A stretch of 64,000 bases of DNA. Origin: Laetmonice hystrix. Its lineage: Eukaryota. This document shows positions 39,401-54,400 of this stretch, piece by piece. The notes beneath the pieces were generated by a model. It saw nothing but the letters and a program-made list of their open reading frames with translations, had not been told where the DNA came from and did not search any database. Made by a program: the position numbers and the translations under genes. Location of the stretch: positions 9,610,001-9,674,000 of the forward strand of contig OZ249436.1 of assembly GCA_965235115.1 (NCBI GenBank), given 5' to 3'. Each line of letters starts with the position of its first letter. The first letter of the stretch is position 1.

Positions 39401-42400
39401 TGCAATGTGCACTAAATGCAGCAATACTGATCAGTTCAGCAACCTGCAGTGGGGTTGAAAAAGTTCGACATTTTTTAACCATGCTCGTTCCCAGGCCCAC
39501 ACAGTTTAAGGGCAGTGCAGGTTGACCATCTATATAAGGTAAACCACCTACGGGGATACAGAACATGTCAGTTCTGTAGGAGCGCAAGACTGTTTGTAAA
39601 ATAACTTCCCATGGGACTTTCCATAAAACATTACCGCTACACTCAATGGTGACGTAGGGTGAGCAAGACTAGCGGTGGTAGGAGTTATCCATGGATACGG
39701 TGGGATCTATGGCCATGTCTGCCGCATTCCAACAGAGCCACCTGGCGGCTGACCATGACAGCTAAGAGCACATATCTCTACGACCCCATGGTAAAGGACG
39801 AGAAGGGACGCTTCATTCGAGTGTGTGTATCAGGATGGGTCTTATCAACAGTTTACGACTCCTCGCACGCATGACCAAATACTTCAGGCTTCTATATACT
39901 GTGAGGATTGGAGCGGGGACGGTGGGAGTCCATGTCTACTGGAGGGAGGGCTGGCCGGTGGGACTTGTTGACCCTGGATCAAGGTACAGTGGATGATGCA
40001 CAGAAGCCAGAGATACAGGAGCTTCAGACTGCTCAGGGCCACAGGTAACCCACACATGACAATAAACAAAGACGGTAAACATGGACAGGACTGTCCAAGC
40101 CAAACTTCATTATTCACATCAACACGTTATACAAGGAGAAAATTATCTATCTGCAAAAATTCAAAAAACAAATATTTACCTCTCGTAAAGAAAGAGCCTT
40201 GACACTATTCAAAATTTGTTTTCCTTAACCGAAGGCCAAGAGCACATTAGCTCAAGGTTACATATTAGTGACCAGTGCAGTTGTATAATACAGCTCAAAC
40301 CATTGTCCTACATACCCCCACAATGTTGACATGTTTGCTACATAATCCTTCTCTGAATATCATTACTGGTATGTTGCTATTGAAGAACAATATGTAGGAT
40401 TTCGAATTACATAGGTCTCTGAACCGAAGAGTTTGTGTAAACACTAAATTATACTAGGCTGTCTTTGCCTCTAGAAAATATATCTCCATCCCTACCCGAA
40501 GTCTGAACTACCGGATTCAATCCAATCATAATTTAGGAACGTAATTTTCTTGTAAACCATGAAAAGTGTATGGCCTGATGACGCTAAATACTTTGATATA
40601 TCAGCAGTACATTATAATGGAAACCATTGAGAAATCAATGTACAGAAGTTAAGTTTAAGGAGATTTATTTTAAAGGATCCCAGCTTCTGCAGAAACTTTT
40701 CTCTCTTAAGAGTAATTAGTGGATTCACGTGTAAAATATTTACATTGAGGATGCACAGCTGCCAATTGACATAATTTCGGATTGTTAAATTGTTACACAG
40801 GAAAGGATAACCTAGCAAGAATGTTTCACACATATCAACGTTATGAGAACATCTAGTGCCCCAACACAGGCGTTACTGTAGTGCACAACAATATCACCAG
40901 ACAGTGAATGAACAAATAAAGGTAGCATCGTTTAGATATCAGCTACTTACACCAGATCAAGAGAAGGCACGTTTTAGTACTCCAAACAAATGCAGTGCGC
41001 AGCCCAGCAGAGCAACTTTCCAGGGTGGTCTGGTCTTCTACCGACGTTAAACAAGTTGGGCTTTCTACTATATCTTTCTGAGGCCATTTACATTGAGACA
41101 TTTTGACTGGGTTTCTGAGACATTAATTTTGAGGTAGATGGGAAAGGTATTAAGGGCTGATAAAAACCTACCGTCGTTCTCCATCAGGCTCTGGAGTATC
41201 ATGAAGGTACGAGACTGTGTCTGTCCTTGGTCCGAACTGTCATCATCAGCGAATTGCTGGGGAGGGGGCTGGGCAGGCTGTCTGCAACCACACGGCATCG
41301 AGCCTGATCAACACACACACGGGCGGCACACGGTGTGCACACTGTCACACACACAACATGGGTGGCACACAGTGAGCACACACATCCCGGGCGGCGGCAC
41401 ACGGTGTGCACACACCCATTATGTCACGGTACACCGAGTCAGACTCGGAACTAATCCATAAGGAACACTGCGTACTGAAGGCAACTTATTACTAGTCGTA
41501 CACTTGTTATGCAATATTGGTGACCACAACAAGCAACGTGCTGCTACTACTAATGCTCTGTGGACTCGGGAATGGCGGGAAAATAGATTATACAGGGTAT
41601 GTCGGTATACTAGTGGGCATGGGTCGCTTTGGGCGTCACTGGAGAGGGTCGACGGTTAGTTATAATTACTATATATTTCGATTTTCTGTCGAAGGCTGAA
41701 AGAAAAGAGTTTTTTGGTCCTTGGTTTGTTTTACTGTGTCATTGGTATTACTGTGTGTACTGGCGCCTCTCTAGATTTGAAGGACTGTGGGCTAGGCACA
41801 CAGTCTAACTGGTCACCAGGTTCATGTACGATTGGCAATTAGTCCATTAGACGATAATGTGCCGTGAGGAAACAAATCTACAATATAAACAAAGGAAATT
41901 ATCATCACTATAACTGTACTGTGTCTGCAAATAAAAAAATATATAAGAAACAAGGATAAATTAATGTACACAGCTCTACATACCTAAAATGAAACTCAAA
42001 ATTTAGTTTTGCATTATTCGAATGAAAATAAAACATGCATAAACTAAGGAGGGAAAAGGAAACAATAAAAGGCAGCTCCTGCAGGGACGACACTAACATA
42101 GGGGAATCTACTGAAGTCTTGGGTTTAACGCTCAGAGACTGACTCCGAACTGACCCTGAAGGTGTTGCATCAATGTACCTTACACCAATCCGTCACGCCC
42201 CATCAAGTACGCGTGGAATTTGGAGAAAACTAAAGACAGTCCCCTTCAGGATGTTTGGGATGACTTCTGGTTGTTCGCATATTTTCCCGAGTTTGGAATA
42301 TATTATAAACAGCTTTACCTTTTGTCTTTAATGTGATTGTACAATACAAGAGTACAGCACTTTAGTCGACCTACGACACAGAGGTTTCGACCAACTCATG

Positions 42401-45400
42401 ACTGACTTCTACCCTTGAGATAAGTATTGCGTAATCCCCAGGACTTTCCCGACATTTTACTGCCTACAGGGAAGGACATTCTGTGCAACACCTCCCCTTT
42501 TTAATACAAAAAATAAAAACTATTTCCAACAGAACACTAGCTTGTTATGTAACCAACACTGCTATTGACAAGATCCCCTGAATGGATAAAATAGTGTGTA
42601 CGGAGGGTGGATGCATCGGTTTCATTGACACTACAGGGCTTGAAGACCACGATCAAATCCTTTCTTCTACACACAAGCTCTACACAGCTGCACAGAACCA
42701 CATCGGGACCCAGGTGTTCCCTGTCCGCGACATCTTACCCTCATTAGACAAGAGGCTGGCAAGGATGTTGAAGGTTCCCGACTGCCGCACTTCGCCCTGT
42801 CTGTTTTCGGGTTCAAGATGTTGATATTGAGGGTAGTAGGCTTGCCTGAAACGCAACACATACCATGTTAGAACATTATGTGAGAAAATGTGAACGGAAA
42901 TGTGAAAGCCATCACAAAAATCCAAATCCCCGGTGACCACTCAACAGCTGCAGGATTTAGCTTGTTGATTCGCTCTTGTCGTCGTTGCTGTGAAACTGTT
43001 TTTCCGCTGAGTCACTGAAATACCGACATTCGTTTTTATTCCCCCAATATATCAAGGAGATGTACTGAGTTAACCCTGGAGGTCACGGCGACTTGCTGAG
43101 ACATCGCAGGACACCCGTTGATATAAAGACAAGACAGTCTGATGAATCCACACTCGTGAGCAGGATCCCTCTACCTCTGGCGGTGACATCGAGCCCAGTC
43201 ATCACAGGCTGTCTATCACAGCAACTGATCCAACTGATCTGAAAGATAATCAACCAGCAGGTCTCCACAACACCCGCCCAGCACACGGGCAGCTGCCTAC
43301 ATCTCTTACCTTCGTGTTCCAGAAAACTACGGACGACATTGAATGAGCCGGACTGGACGGGACCCGCCTTGCTGAGGGCCTCGGCTGGGATAAACACCTG
43401 GTAGTGACACTGGGGGGACCTGGAATCACCACACCTGGCTACAGACGAGCCATCATGGGGCAGTTATATGGGCTCCCTGGTTTATTACGTCACCTCTCCA
43501 TCTAAATCACTTGTATTGATTGATGTCAGTCTGACACGTATTTCTAAATCACTTGTATTGATTGATGTCTGTCTGACACATATTTCTAAATCACTTGTTT
43601 TGATTGATGTCAGTCTGACACGTATTTCTAAATCACTTGTATTGATTGATGTCAGTCTGACACGTATTTCTAAATCACTTGTATTGATTGATGTCAGGCT
43701 GACACGTATTTCTAAATCACTTGTTTTGATTGATGTCAGTCTGACACATATTTCTAAATCACTTGTTTTGATTGATGTCAGTCTGGCACGTATTTCTAAA
43801 TCACTTGTATTGATTGATGTCAGTCTGGCACGTATTTCTAAATCACTTGTTTTGATTGATGTCAGTCTGACACATATTTCTAAATCACTTGTATTGATTG
43901 ATGTCAGTCTGACACGTATGTCTAAATCACTTGTATTGATTGATGTTAGTCTGACACGTATTTCTAAATCACTTGTTTTGATTGATGTCAGTCTGACACG
44001 TATTTACACCTCAAACTCTGTCTTTACATCTCGATTACTCTGAGCTTCAATCATCCCCAAACAGTCTCAGTGGCAATCACATTTCTTTCTCCAGGTATAT
44101 TAAATACAAATGCCATTAGTTCGATTATAATCAATCGTTTTGTGGTGGTATCCTTTTCTAATCCATGAAACAATTTCTTCTATTCGATATTTTTCCACAT
44201 GTTGCAGACTGCTGGTTGGTACCAGTACCCAGTTCTGCACACAAAACTAGCCAGGTGATGCTCAATCCGCCAGGTGGCAGGTCAGCGTTACTGCCGTTAA
44301 TTTTATCATCGCCTGTAATTTACACCCGAGGTCGACAGTCCAGAGCATCCCTGAATCAACTCTTAATGTAACAATAATCATCGAAAATTTACGCCTGCAA
44401 TAAAATGATAATATCACAATATTACAAAGATATTTAATATGTTTTGATTAATCTTAACTGATGCAATTTAATTTTCATAAATTAAGTTTTCCAAAGTACA
44501 AAATTATTTGAAAGTTTCTGAACTTTGAGAAACCTTAAAACTTACCCAACCATCATAAATAACTCTTTTGCCACTGTTATTTTTATGTAAACAATACCCA
44601 GGAGAGTGTTTGCATGGACCCCGTTGAGATAAATGGAGGCTATTTGTAGTGGTAGGCCCCGTTACTGTCGGTGTCGGGGGTGAGAAGAGTACTTACTGTG
44701 GGCTGGACCTGTAGTGTGGCTCAGGCTGGACGGCGGCGGGTGGCGGCTGAGGCCGTGTGCTGGGAGGCTCGAACGGTCGGGCCGTGGCTCTGTGAAACTC
44801 CTGCGGCTGCTGGTAGGTCTGCGTGGGGGGAGAGAGAGAAAACAGGCGCCCTGTTCACCAGTACAGATACATGGTAATGCCCTCATATAGGGCTCCTCGT
44901 GTGTATACTTCCCAGGTTTAGCTCTGGATATCTTGAAATCTCTGCGATTCGTAAACTCTATAAATTCTATTCTGAGGCGGATTTTCAAAAATAAAACTTT
45001 CGGAAACTTCCATGTATAAAAGTTAATGCCGGAGCACCTACACTTGTCTTGTGAAGACGGTTGTGAATAGAGTTACAGGTGACCAGACTACAAGCAACTG
45101 TTTGTCTACTAGTAGTATAGGCTTATTGACTAAGGACTCATACATTTGAATTCATGTGTAAGGTTACCAAATTACAGGGGAAAGGTTCCTTAAAAAGTTA
45201 TCAAATGTGGCCTGTCAGCAATATTTACCACCTAATGGTAATCACTACTCACGATACTGAAAGTAATCCTAAACACACTAGGATTGATCGACTAATTCTT
45301 CCCACGGTAGGAGGTAATTAAGTAACATCGAATTATATCTGTGAAGGTTAATCATTCATTCACCATAACAACGTATGGCTGGTATACAAAACAAGCAATT

Positions 45401-48400
45401 TTTTTTCTGTGCGGGCTTGCATAGCTATTTGGACTAAAACTTTTACCAAATGAAAAAATAATTGGTCGTGGCTGTGCAGGGGAAGGTGTTCCAGATTTCT
45501 GTGCGACTATACATTGCTGGTGAGGTCCGTTTAGTAACTTCCCCACGTATTAGCAGAGACAACACTGTTACAGCAATGCCCTTATAACAGTGCTGGTCCT
45601 CGGCCCCAACAGCAAATAACGCTCTCGCAAGGATTACATGGTCAGACGCAACCCTACGCCAAGGTCAACAGTCTGTCTGGTTGTCACCTTGATAGAAATG
45701 CTGCCAGGTAGCAAGCAATAAAAACATTCGATCATGACTCCGCTAAACATGTCGGAGATAAACTTGAATTGGTTTCCACCGCCAACGGTGCAAACCCATG
45801 TTGATTGCGTTTATACCTTCTGAAATAACGAAATGCATAGTTCTTTCAGACTGAACAGTAAATGTCTTGGGGTATTTCAGAAAGGGAAAATCTTATATAA
45901 CTATATGCTAATTCTTATGCACCGATACTGCTTTCAAAATGAAATGTCTGGAGATACTTGTCGAAATCTAATGTTGCCAAAAAAATGACAGAGGATATAA
46001 ATAGTTCTTCTCGTGTATTCTCGACACGATGTGTACTGTATTAATTCACTGTGAATCATTCCTGGCCTTTAATTCCCTATATCTCTATGTTATATTCAGT
46101 CACATTGTCAGTCACAGTCCATACAGTCTGGATGCTGTTCTTCCAAACTGTACCTATCATCAGAGAGATTCACCGACACACGCTATGAACAGGTTCAGAT
46201 CATTCGTAATGTATAATACTGGCTCCATATACTGACATATGCATTGAATTACGTCTACTTGGTCCCTTTGATTGAAAGCGTTTTTTGTAATTATGTACAG
46301 ACACGTGTAGTTTTCAGGTGATCAGGTCGATGACAACGGAAGGTAAAACACAACAAGAAGCCAAGCGAACACACGAGCCTACAGACGTGGCCACCAGATG
46401 TGGCTCGGTCAGGGCTCAGCCTTGACTTGCCTGCTGGGGTCCGTGGTGGCTGGGGGCTGCTGACGGATCCGACCCTGCTGGGGCCATTGGAGTGACGGTG
46501 TCCGGGCCTGTGGGATGGAGCTGGCCTGGGGCCTGGGGATGGTCCTGGGACTGGGGGGCACTACGAGTAGGGTTTCTCATTCCTCCATCTATGGGAGCGA
46601 AGGTTGAGGGTATGTACTGACCATCGGGACTCGTTGGGGCAGCAGATACAGGAGTGGGTCGTGCGGGTTCACTAGAGTAACTCGGCGGAGCGTAGGGCCT
46701 TGGGACAGATGGGACTCCCTCGGGAGGTGGAGGCCCTGCTGTCTGCCTGGTCGGGTTCCTGAGGCCTCCGTCAATAAGGGAGACCGCTGGAGGCGAGTAC
46801 TGTTCTTCATCACCTGGGGAGACACCAGGGGCAGCTGGAGCATATGGGGCGAGCATCATGGCATCTGTCTCCAGGGTGGTCATCTGGGGCTCGTAAGGGG
46901 ATGGGTGGATGGGGCCGTACTGCCTGCCTGGGGTGTTGTCTACTCCTGAAGGACCTTCTGGCCGTCTGTAACTGGGCTGAGGCCGAGGGGCGGGGATATA
47001 GACCGGGATCCCCCCAGCCAGCTCCATGCCGACAGTATAACCCCTGTCACTAAAACCTTTCTATAACAGGTCAGTCAGGAGGAACAGAACAGAACGGAAC
47101 ATAAGAACAATGGCTTCCAGGTAAAGGGTTAACATAGATTAGAGTAACACATGGACTATAGGAGAATTAAACTAAAATAGCTGGGAATCTGGATATTCAT
47201 AACCTATTTGATTTTTAAAAGTGTGTTTGGTACGAGAAATATATGTGGAAGAAATATTAAATACTGTGACTGAACAGCTGAAGGATATATGCCAAAGAAT
47301 CAAGTTTATTAATTACGTTTTCCTTCAATATGTACGCCAATATAGATCTATCATAAAAAGTGTTGATAAAGTGATTAATTGTGATATCATTGTCAACAGA
47401 GAGCAAAGCATAGCCACTTAATTATACCTAAGTTTCCAATTATTCATATTTTTGAATTATTAATACATCGTTCAAGCCATATTTCTTTCATTACTTGTGC
47501 ATCACTTGTACATGTTTAACGGTATTGGCGAATAACTAAGATACAACGATCAATATGTAAACACTACAGCTAGAACCGCTAGAACATACGTCACACAGCT
47601 GGGGCCTGTTCAGCGTGCTCCAAGACAAACAACTACGATGTCTAAGGTGCCAACGCCATTGGCAACTAATGTTTCTAAAGAAAAAAAGCCAGACATCATT
47701 TCATCACAGCAATACAATCACATTTATGCGTGTAATTATTAATGTCGTGATGCATTTAAGTTTTGTAACATATCTATCATGCTTTCTACAGAAAAGAGTT
47801 TTAGTTTTGTTGGTTTGAAATTCAACACTTTTTAAAACTGGATAATATGATTTGAATGATACTATAAATTATAAGATACTGCACCGAATGTCCCAAGACG
47901 GTTCTGCGTTTGCTTCATCCCCTTTATTCCCAAATAAGGTCATTGCATCCTGATGACACACACTAATAAAATGGTGGTTCTTCCTGAACTATTCCACATC
48001 GTAACATTACGACGAAAACGTCAGCCCTCCCTCACCCGAGCACAATGTTATCCTCAACATCCCCTCTGAGTCATCCTCAAACACACACACACCATTGTAT
48101 CAATCTCCTAATGACATTTTGGAATATGTCCCTCCGGGAGCACCAAACCCATGCCAATAGAAAGAATGACTCGGAGTATGTTCAGTGTCTATCATGTCAG
48201 TACAATTATTACACGAAACACCTGCTCTCAACCAGGTCAGTATTACACGTTGGTGCATTGTGTGTCCGACAAAACGTCACCCTGTACACACACACACACT
48301 TAATTACCACTAACTCAATGTGAAATGTGCTCTGGGTGAATTAAACAACCAGATCATAATCATGCGCCTGGATGTCTGAGAACACTAATGTCCATATACC

Positions 48401-51400
48401 CGCACTCTAAGGTCATTCACTGACCCAGTTATACCAGGATCCCGCCCAATGCTACATATATTATCGACTCGGGACCCCAAAATACCAAACATCCGTTAAA
48501 GGCTCCAGAGGAGTATTTTTCTTGGCGTTCGTTTTGTCTGACTGGCGACGAGACACAAAGGTGGTTTGTGTTGGCAGGTTTGATCCGTCTGCTATCACTC
48601 AACACTGGGGCCAGAGACTGGCGCGGTCAGCGCACTAACAACTCCCTCGGGCACAATACCGAGCATTCTCTAACTATACACAGTCATTAATACTTGTTAC
48701 TCGGTACAGTTTTTATCCCTGTCCTCGCCATATTGAAATAATTTTTATGGACACCTGCATACCAAATTTCTATACGTTATCAAAGATTACTTCTTAGTGG
48801 TAATAAAAAGGTTTATACTAAACACCTGTTAATGTTTGGCAGCAGATAATGTAATGATATGCTCATTTAATATCCATCACACCTTTGATGACAGCCATGC
48901 CACATTATTGTTACATCTGACCTCCTTCACTGTCTGATGCACTGCTTAACTATAGTAAGTCACTGTGCAGGTTGAAAAAAGGTTGTTTTATAACTAACAC
49001 TTTTTTCCTTGTTCCTTGATTAACCCTGGTCTGGCTTAGTTTCTGATTTTTCTTAATACCTCTCCTCTACTGCGATCTTCACTACTATTATATTTATTCT
49101 GATATTTGTAACTACATGGCAATGAAAATGCCAAATCAATTTGATGTCCACTACAAAATATTTGAACTTGAGAAGTGCATGTTAGCGATCGAGTCCCAAT
49201 TTCCTCGGCTCCTCCCCCATAACTTCCATCGAGAGGACGCCCATCAAACCTATTCCACTTATTATGGTCACATGGTAGTCAGTTAGTCCTATATTAACAA
49301 TCACAACTTGTATATATAAATTATATGACAACATATAATCCATCAGCTTCATACAATTCTGAAATACATGCACTAGTTCATACGAAATACTTTATGGTTC
49401 GTATTGCAAGTAGATCTACCATAAATACAAATAAAATATTCCGTATCAAAAGCTCCTCGATACCGTCTAGCCTACATTAAATACCCTCCAGATTCGGCAC
49501 AGCTGAGTGGTATGAATGTATGGCTGGGAATCACTTACCCTCCACTCAAGTAAATCCACCGAGTGCACTCAGCGTGCCAAGGTCTGCCCTCAGCCAGACC
49601 AGTCTCATTGAGAGCCATGAGTCAGACTGGACCTGACACGGTCCCACTGACCAGACCCATTCTGTCACTCCCACCACCAGACAGTGTAACGGCACTGACC
49701 AATGCCAACCAGGAGGATGACAGAGTGATGGAAAACACTGCTCCATAAAAACGGCTGTGCCAGTTTTTAGGCTGAACATTTCACCATGCAATACTTGCTG
49801 GAGTGAGACATCATCCAGCAACGAAAGAAAAATATCTAAACACTCGTTTAATGAAAACCAACATGAAACAACAAGCGTAAAATCCATGCTTCAATAATTG
49901 AAATGTGTGACGGCATCTATAAAATGCTTTGCCCCATACAGAGCGGTCATTTATAGATCATATAATATGAGCTGAATAATACTTGCCGTATTGTACGGAA
50001 CATTCTGTAAAAATTGTTAAAGCATTATTCACGGACGAATCTTTCATCGGAATAATAAAGGTTTTGAGTTGATTCGTGTGCCATCCCTGAGACTGCAAGT
50101 GGTACAAAGAAGAAAACAAATATCCGTAAACAATAAACTAAAAAGTTTTCCGACGATCCTATACAAATAGGAAATCCTCCAGGAAACCCTTGATATTTTA
50201 CCTGATAAAACATCAGACCGTTAACGTTTGTTACCAATACCATTGGCATGGGCCATTCCACTCATTTCTGTAAGACACCCCCCCCCCCCCCCCCATACAC
50301 ACACGCACCCAAACAACAACAACAACAACAACACACAGAAATACCAAAGTACAATGGAGAAGAAAAATGTTAAAGTAATTCCTGAGAACGATTCTGAGTC
50401 TCATGTGGATGATAAGACAACATCTGTGCATATGTTGTTTAGGAAGATACTTCAATATCTGGCCTGCATCAATATAAAAGATCAGATTGGACCTGAGCTT
50501 GGCGATATAGCTACATAATGCACCGTGTTGACATAGCCATAATCTTGTACCGGTGATTGTTATCGCTGTGCACTAAGTCTTCATATAGAGTACGTCATTC
50601 ACTGCTTCCTCTACGTGGTACATTGTATTCTGGTTAGGTATATACACGGTACACATAGTGATTGAAGGTCTCACCACCTCTAGATCACACACCGCATACC
50701 ACTGATTCATGTGACCGTGTCCTCAACAATCACATTCATCCGATAGAGGTGCAGCACGGTCAGAGGAAGTCACTCTCTGTGCACAGTTTCCTTTCGTTTT
50801 CTTTCTTTGATTCGACCGTTTTACTCTCCTACTTGATTGATATCATACAATCATTTCCGTCTCATATAGAAGGTGAACAGGATACTTTCTGAAGACCGGG
50901 ATGGTCACTTGACTAATGCTGTCCTGAAACCTAGTTCATCGTGAATGGAAACCACAATCAGACAGTAGGACATGATTCTGTTTCTTTTCGCGATCCTACA
51001 AGACTATCAGTATTTATAAAATAGGATGGCCGCCATCACATGGCCGATAATCTAGGACCTTGGCTCTAGGGCATGTGTGCATATTTTGTTTGCTGGTGGC
51101 TAGGGAGCAGAAGAAATCTGTCTGAAAATATGGCAGAATTTATGTAATATTTCTCCATTAGGCCTACTGCCTAATTTCCCTCCGATTGACTATTAAGACT
51201 TTAAAATGGGGAATCAGTCTCTTGACCGCCCCCCCCCCCCCAAACAAAACCAGCCTTTTCCGCCTTACGAGCAACCTTGCAACAGCTAGAAGTATCAGGG
51301 CCCAGTTCTTAAAAAATTAAGCTCTTGCTTAAGCTTAAGCTTAAGCTTAAGGCTTCTGATTGGCTGGCCTCAGTAGATCAGCCAATCAGAAGCGTTAAGC

Positions 51401-54400
51401 TTAAGCTTAAGCAAGATCTTAAGTTTTTACGAACTGGTCTGACGAAAGGGACTTGTTTGATAAATACGTTTATGAATATGTGTCCAGACTTCAAATCTCC
51501 CGGAGCTGCCGGAATGTGTTGGGATCATTGTGCCTTCTGGAAAATTTGGCCAGGCTGATTGCAGAAACATAGGACGGCTTCGAAATAAAAAATTATCTCA
51601 TACCCATTATCAAAACATATGTCCAAGTAACATTAAAGAAGCATAGTCATAAGCACCCCATTCGCATTCTTGGAGCAGGTTGACATTATGTTTGTAGCTT
51701 GCCCCCTCTTGCCGGGTAACAACAAAATTGCAATTCAGAAAAAAAATTGTAAATTTAAAACCGTAAACTAAATATTATGCTAGTGTGTGGAGAACAGCTG
51801 AATGTTTTCGGAGGGAGTTGTGTTTGGAGTGAGCCTGATCCCTCCGTACTGACTCGATGACTGGTTGACTTGGCCATTATCTGACGGTGGTAGCCGTGAA
51901 GCCGGCAGGCAGGTAACATGAGTAGGGCCGACCTAAAAATGGTGCCACCGGGAACATATAAACACTAGCACAGCTGACATGGTTGCCAACCCCTGTACGA
52001 CTGGCCCTCCTCCCCTGCCAGCCTCACATCAACGTTGATATACGAGTGATACGGCAACACTGGACCTCGTCAAGGTGTCCAAGCCAATCCACGTTATACT
52101 CCAAACATTGGCCACAGTTCTACTATTAAAATTAATGCTGACATGTCTCCAAACTATATCTTCAACTTTTATGTCTTAATTCTTACACCGATATATTGCA
52201 ATACTATTTTTCCGGAAATATGTTTTTTCAAATCTAAAAAGAAATAAAGCGCATCTCTTCGGTCTTTTTTCAACAGGTAATATACAACGTCAGTCATAAA
52301 CATTTTAATAAACTCGTCTGCTCTCGGTACCAATATATAAAGCTCTACTGACAGGAAGTGCTTCCTCTTTGGAGAGGTAATCAGCAATAAGATGTCTGTA
52401 CCTTACCAGGGGGTAGACGTAAGAAAAATGCTAAAGTTATATGCAACATGGCAACGTATTCCAGCTGGATGTAGGCCCTATAAACAGAACCCCCTATACG
52501 AAGCCTGCCATAGCCACTTCAGTGAACAACCGTGTACCAGTGGCCTGTGTACTCACACAGTATAGATTGAACGCTGTACTCGAGTTCTGCCCTCAAAGTC
52601 AAAAAATGTACATCAAAGGCCGTAGGCCTAATCATCTGCTGACCTAGAAACCCATTTCCACATACGAAGATTGCTCAAGTATTCTCACCAATATTTTAAT
52701 TGAAAAGTTCATTGGCACCATTGGATATTATGAATCTGTATAATTTGTAATAACTTGATGTTCGAGCATGGTATTCGCAGATATAGTTTGTGAATGTATT
52801 TCCCGACCGTGGTCCGTTCCATCCAGGCCAGTGTTGGCGTGAACACGTATACTGAGATGGGCTCCCATCAACAGGTGCTCCCTGGGGGTGGCGGGTAGGG
52901 GTGTTCTCACTCCCGGTTACCGGCGCTGGCAGGTGGGGCGAGTGAGGCTGGAGAGTGGGCCAGACCTCCAACTATCCCCTAGTAACAGTAACCTTGGTGG
53001 TCTGACCTTTACTGTGGCCTTGCCACGCAAAAACCTCAATGACAATACAGGAACCATCAAACATGGTTCCAGCTGAAACAGGCATACAGACCAATCAAAA
53101 CTGAGGCCAAAGAAAAAAGGCCTTTCCATGTTTTCCTACTTGTCTGTTATGAAGATAAATATGGGGTCAAATAAGAGCATTCTCCTGAATATTGTCAAAT
53201 ATACATGATCGTCATTGCCGGTTAAGGACTGCGGCCTTTCCAAACAAACTCGATAAAATCTGACATTGTCCACGACGTGTCTCCGTCACCAATCCACGCA
53301 AACAAACTCGGTCCGACTGACGTCAACAGCGCCCCCTATAGTGTGGTCAGACTGGACCGGACAGTGTTTTTGATTACTTTAATTAGCGGTCGTAGATAGA
53401 TTAGCCGCGTTGTATTCAGACAAGTGATATACAACCATTTCATCTACAATTTAAGACCCTCAAGATTGGCTTGATTTTGCTCGCGCTCCACATGATTAAA
53501 TTTCAGGATTGCAGCTTGCGAAATCTGAACTTTTCCTTTACCCTAAACACATCCAATACGTACTACGGGCGTAATCTGTATTTATTATTTCCAGCGTATC
53601 AAATCACGTTATTGACGACCTTGATAACATTTTTCCAAACGTATATTATTTCCAGCGTATCAAATCACGTTATTGACGACCTTGATAACATTTTCCCAAA
53701 CGTATAGGATTACTTCCAGCTTATCAAATCAAATTATTGCCGATCTTGATAACATTTTTCCAAACGTATCCGGCAGGACACAGCTTGAAAAGTACAACAC
53801 CACGTGACGTCCTGGTATTTCTTTCACCAGCTGCACCTTTAACAATCCTTTTTCAAATGCCAACGTGACTCAACTGCTACAATCTGAGGCTCCAGTTCCT
53901 TGCCAGAATTAAACATATTAGTCCAGACTACATCTAAGGTTATATACTCCTCATAATAATATCTACGGATCTCAGGTCAAACAGAAATAGAGGATAAGGA
54001 AAGAGAATGAACTCACAGGGTTACGTGGGTGAGAGGAGGCTCCGGTAAGGTCGTACATATCGTATCCCCTGCCAGGTTGACCTGAGGGACTCTGCGAGCT
54101 GATCACTGGGTTCTGGGGTACTGCTCCATGGGCCGGTCTGAAACAACCACATTTAACTGGTTATGGATGGCCATTCTACTCCACACCTATTTCTTCCCCT
54201 TTTTAGATTTGATAAAGTTATACATGTACAACAATATCGTCCGGAGACCTGGGAGAAAGATCAGAAACGGTTGAGGGCTATTCCCCAGCACTTGTTTACA
54301 TCAACAGCTGTTTATAGTTGCGGTAATGACAGTTTAGTGGTGTGATGATACAATCAGGGCCCTCATCCAGCTGTTCAGGCAGTCAACAGTCACCTTCACC

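Noticed and set aside
39850-39975. Possible fourth exon in the mutually exclusive cluster
   Set aside because: It has an acceptor-like site but lacks the QSxxF motif and a convincing donor; all frames stop early.
52921-52965. Possible 45-nt exon VWPTLQPHSPHLPAP in gene B
   Set aside because: GAG acceptor and weak gtaacc donor; not needed for frame.
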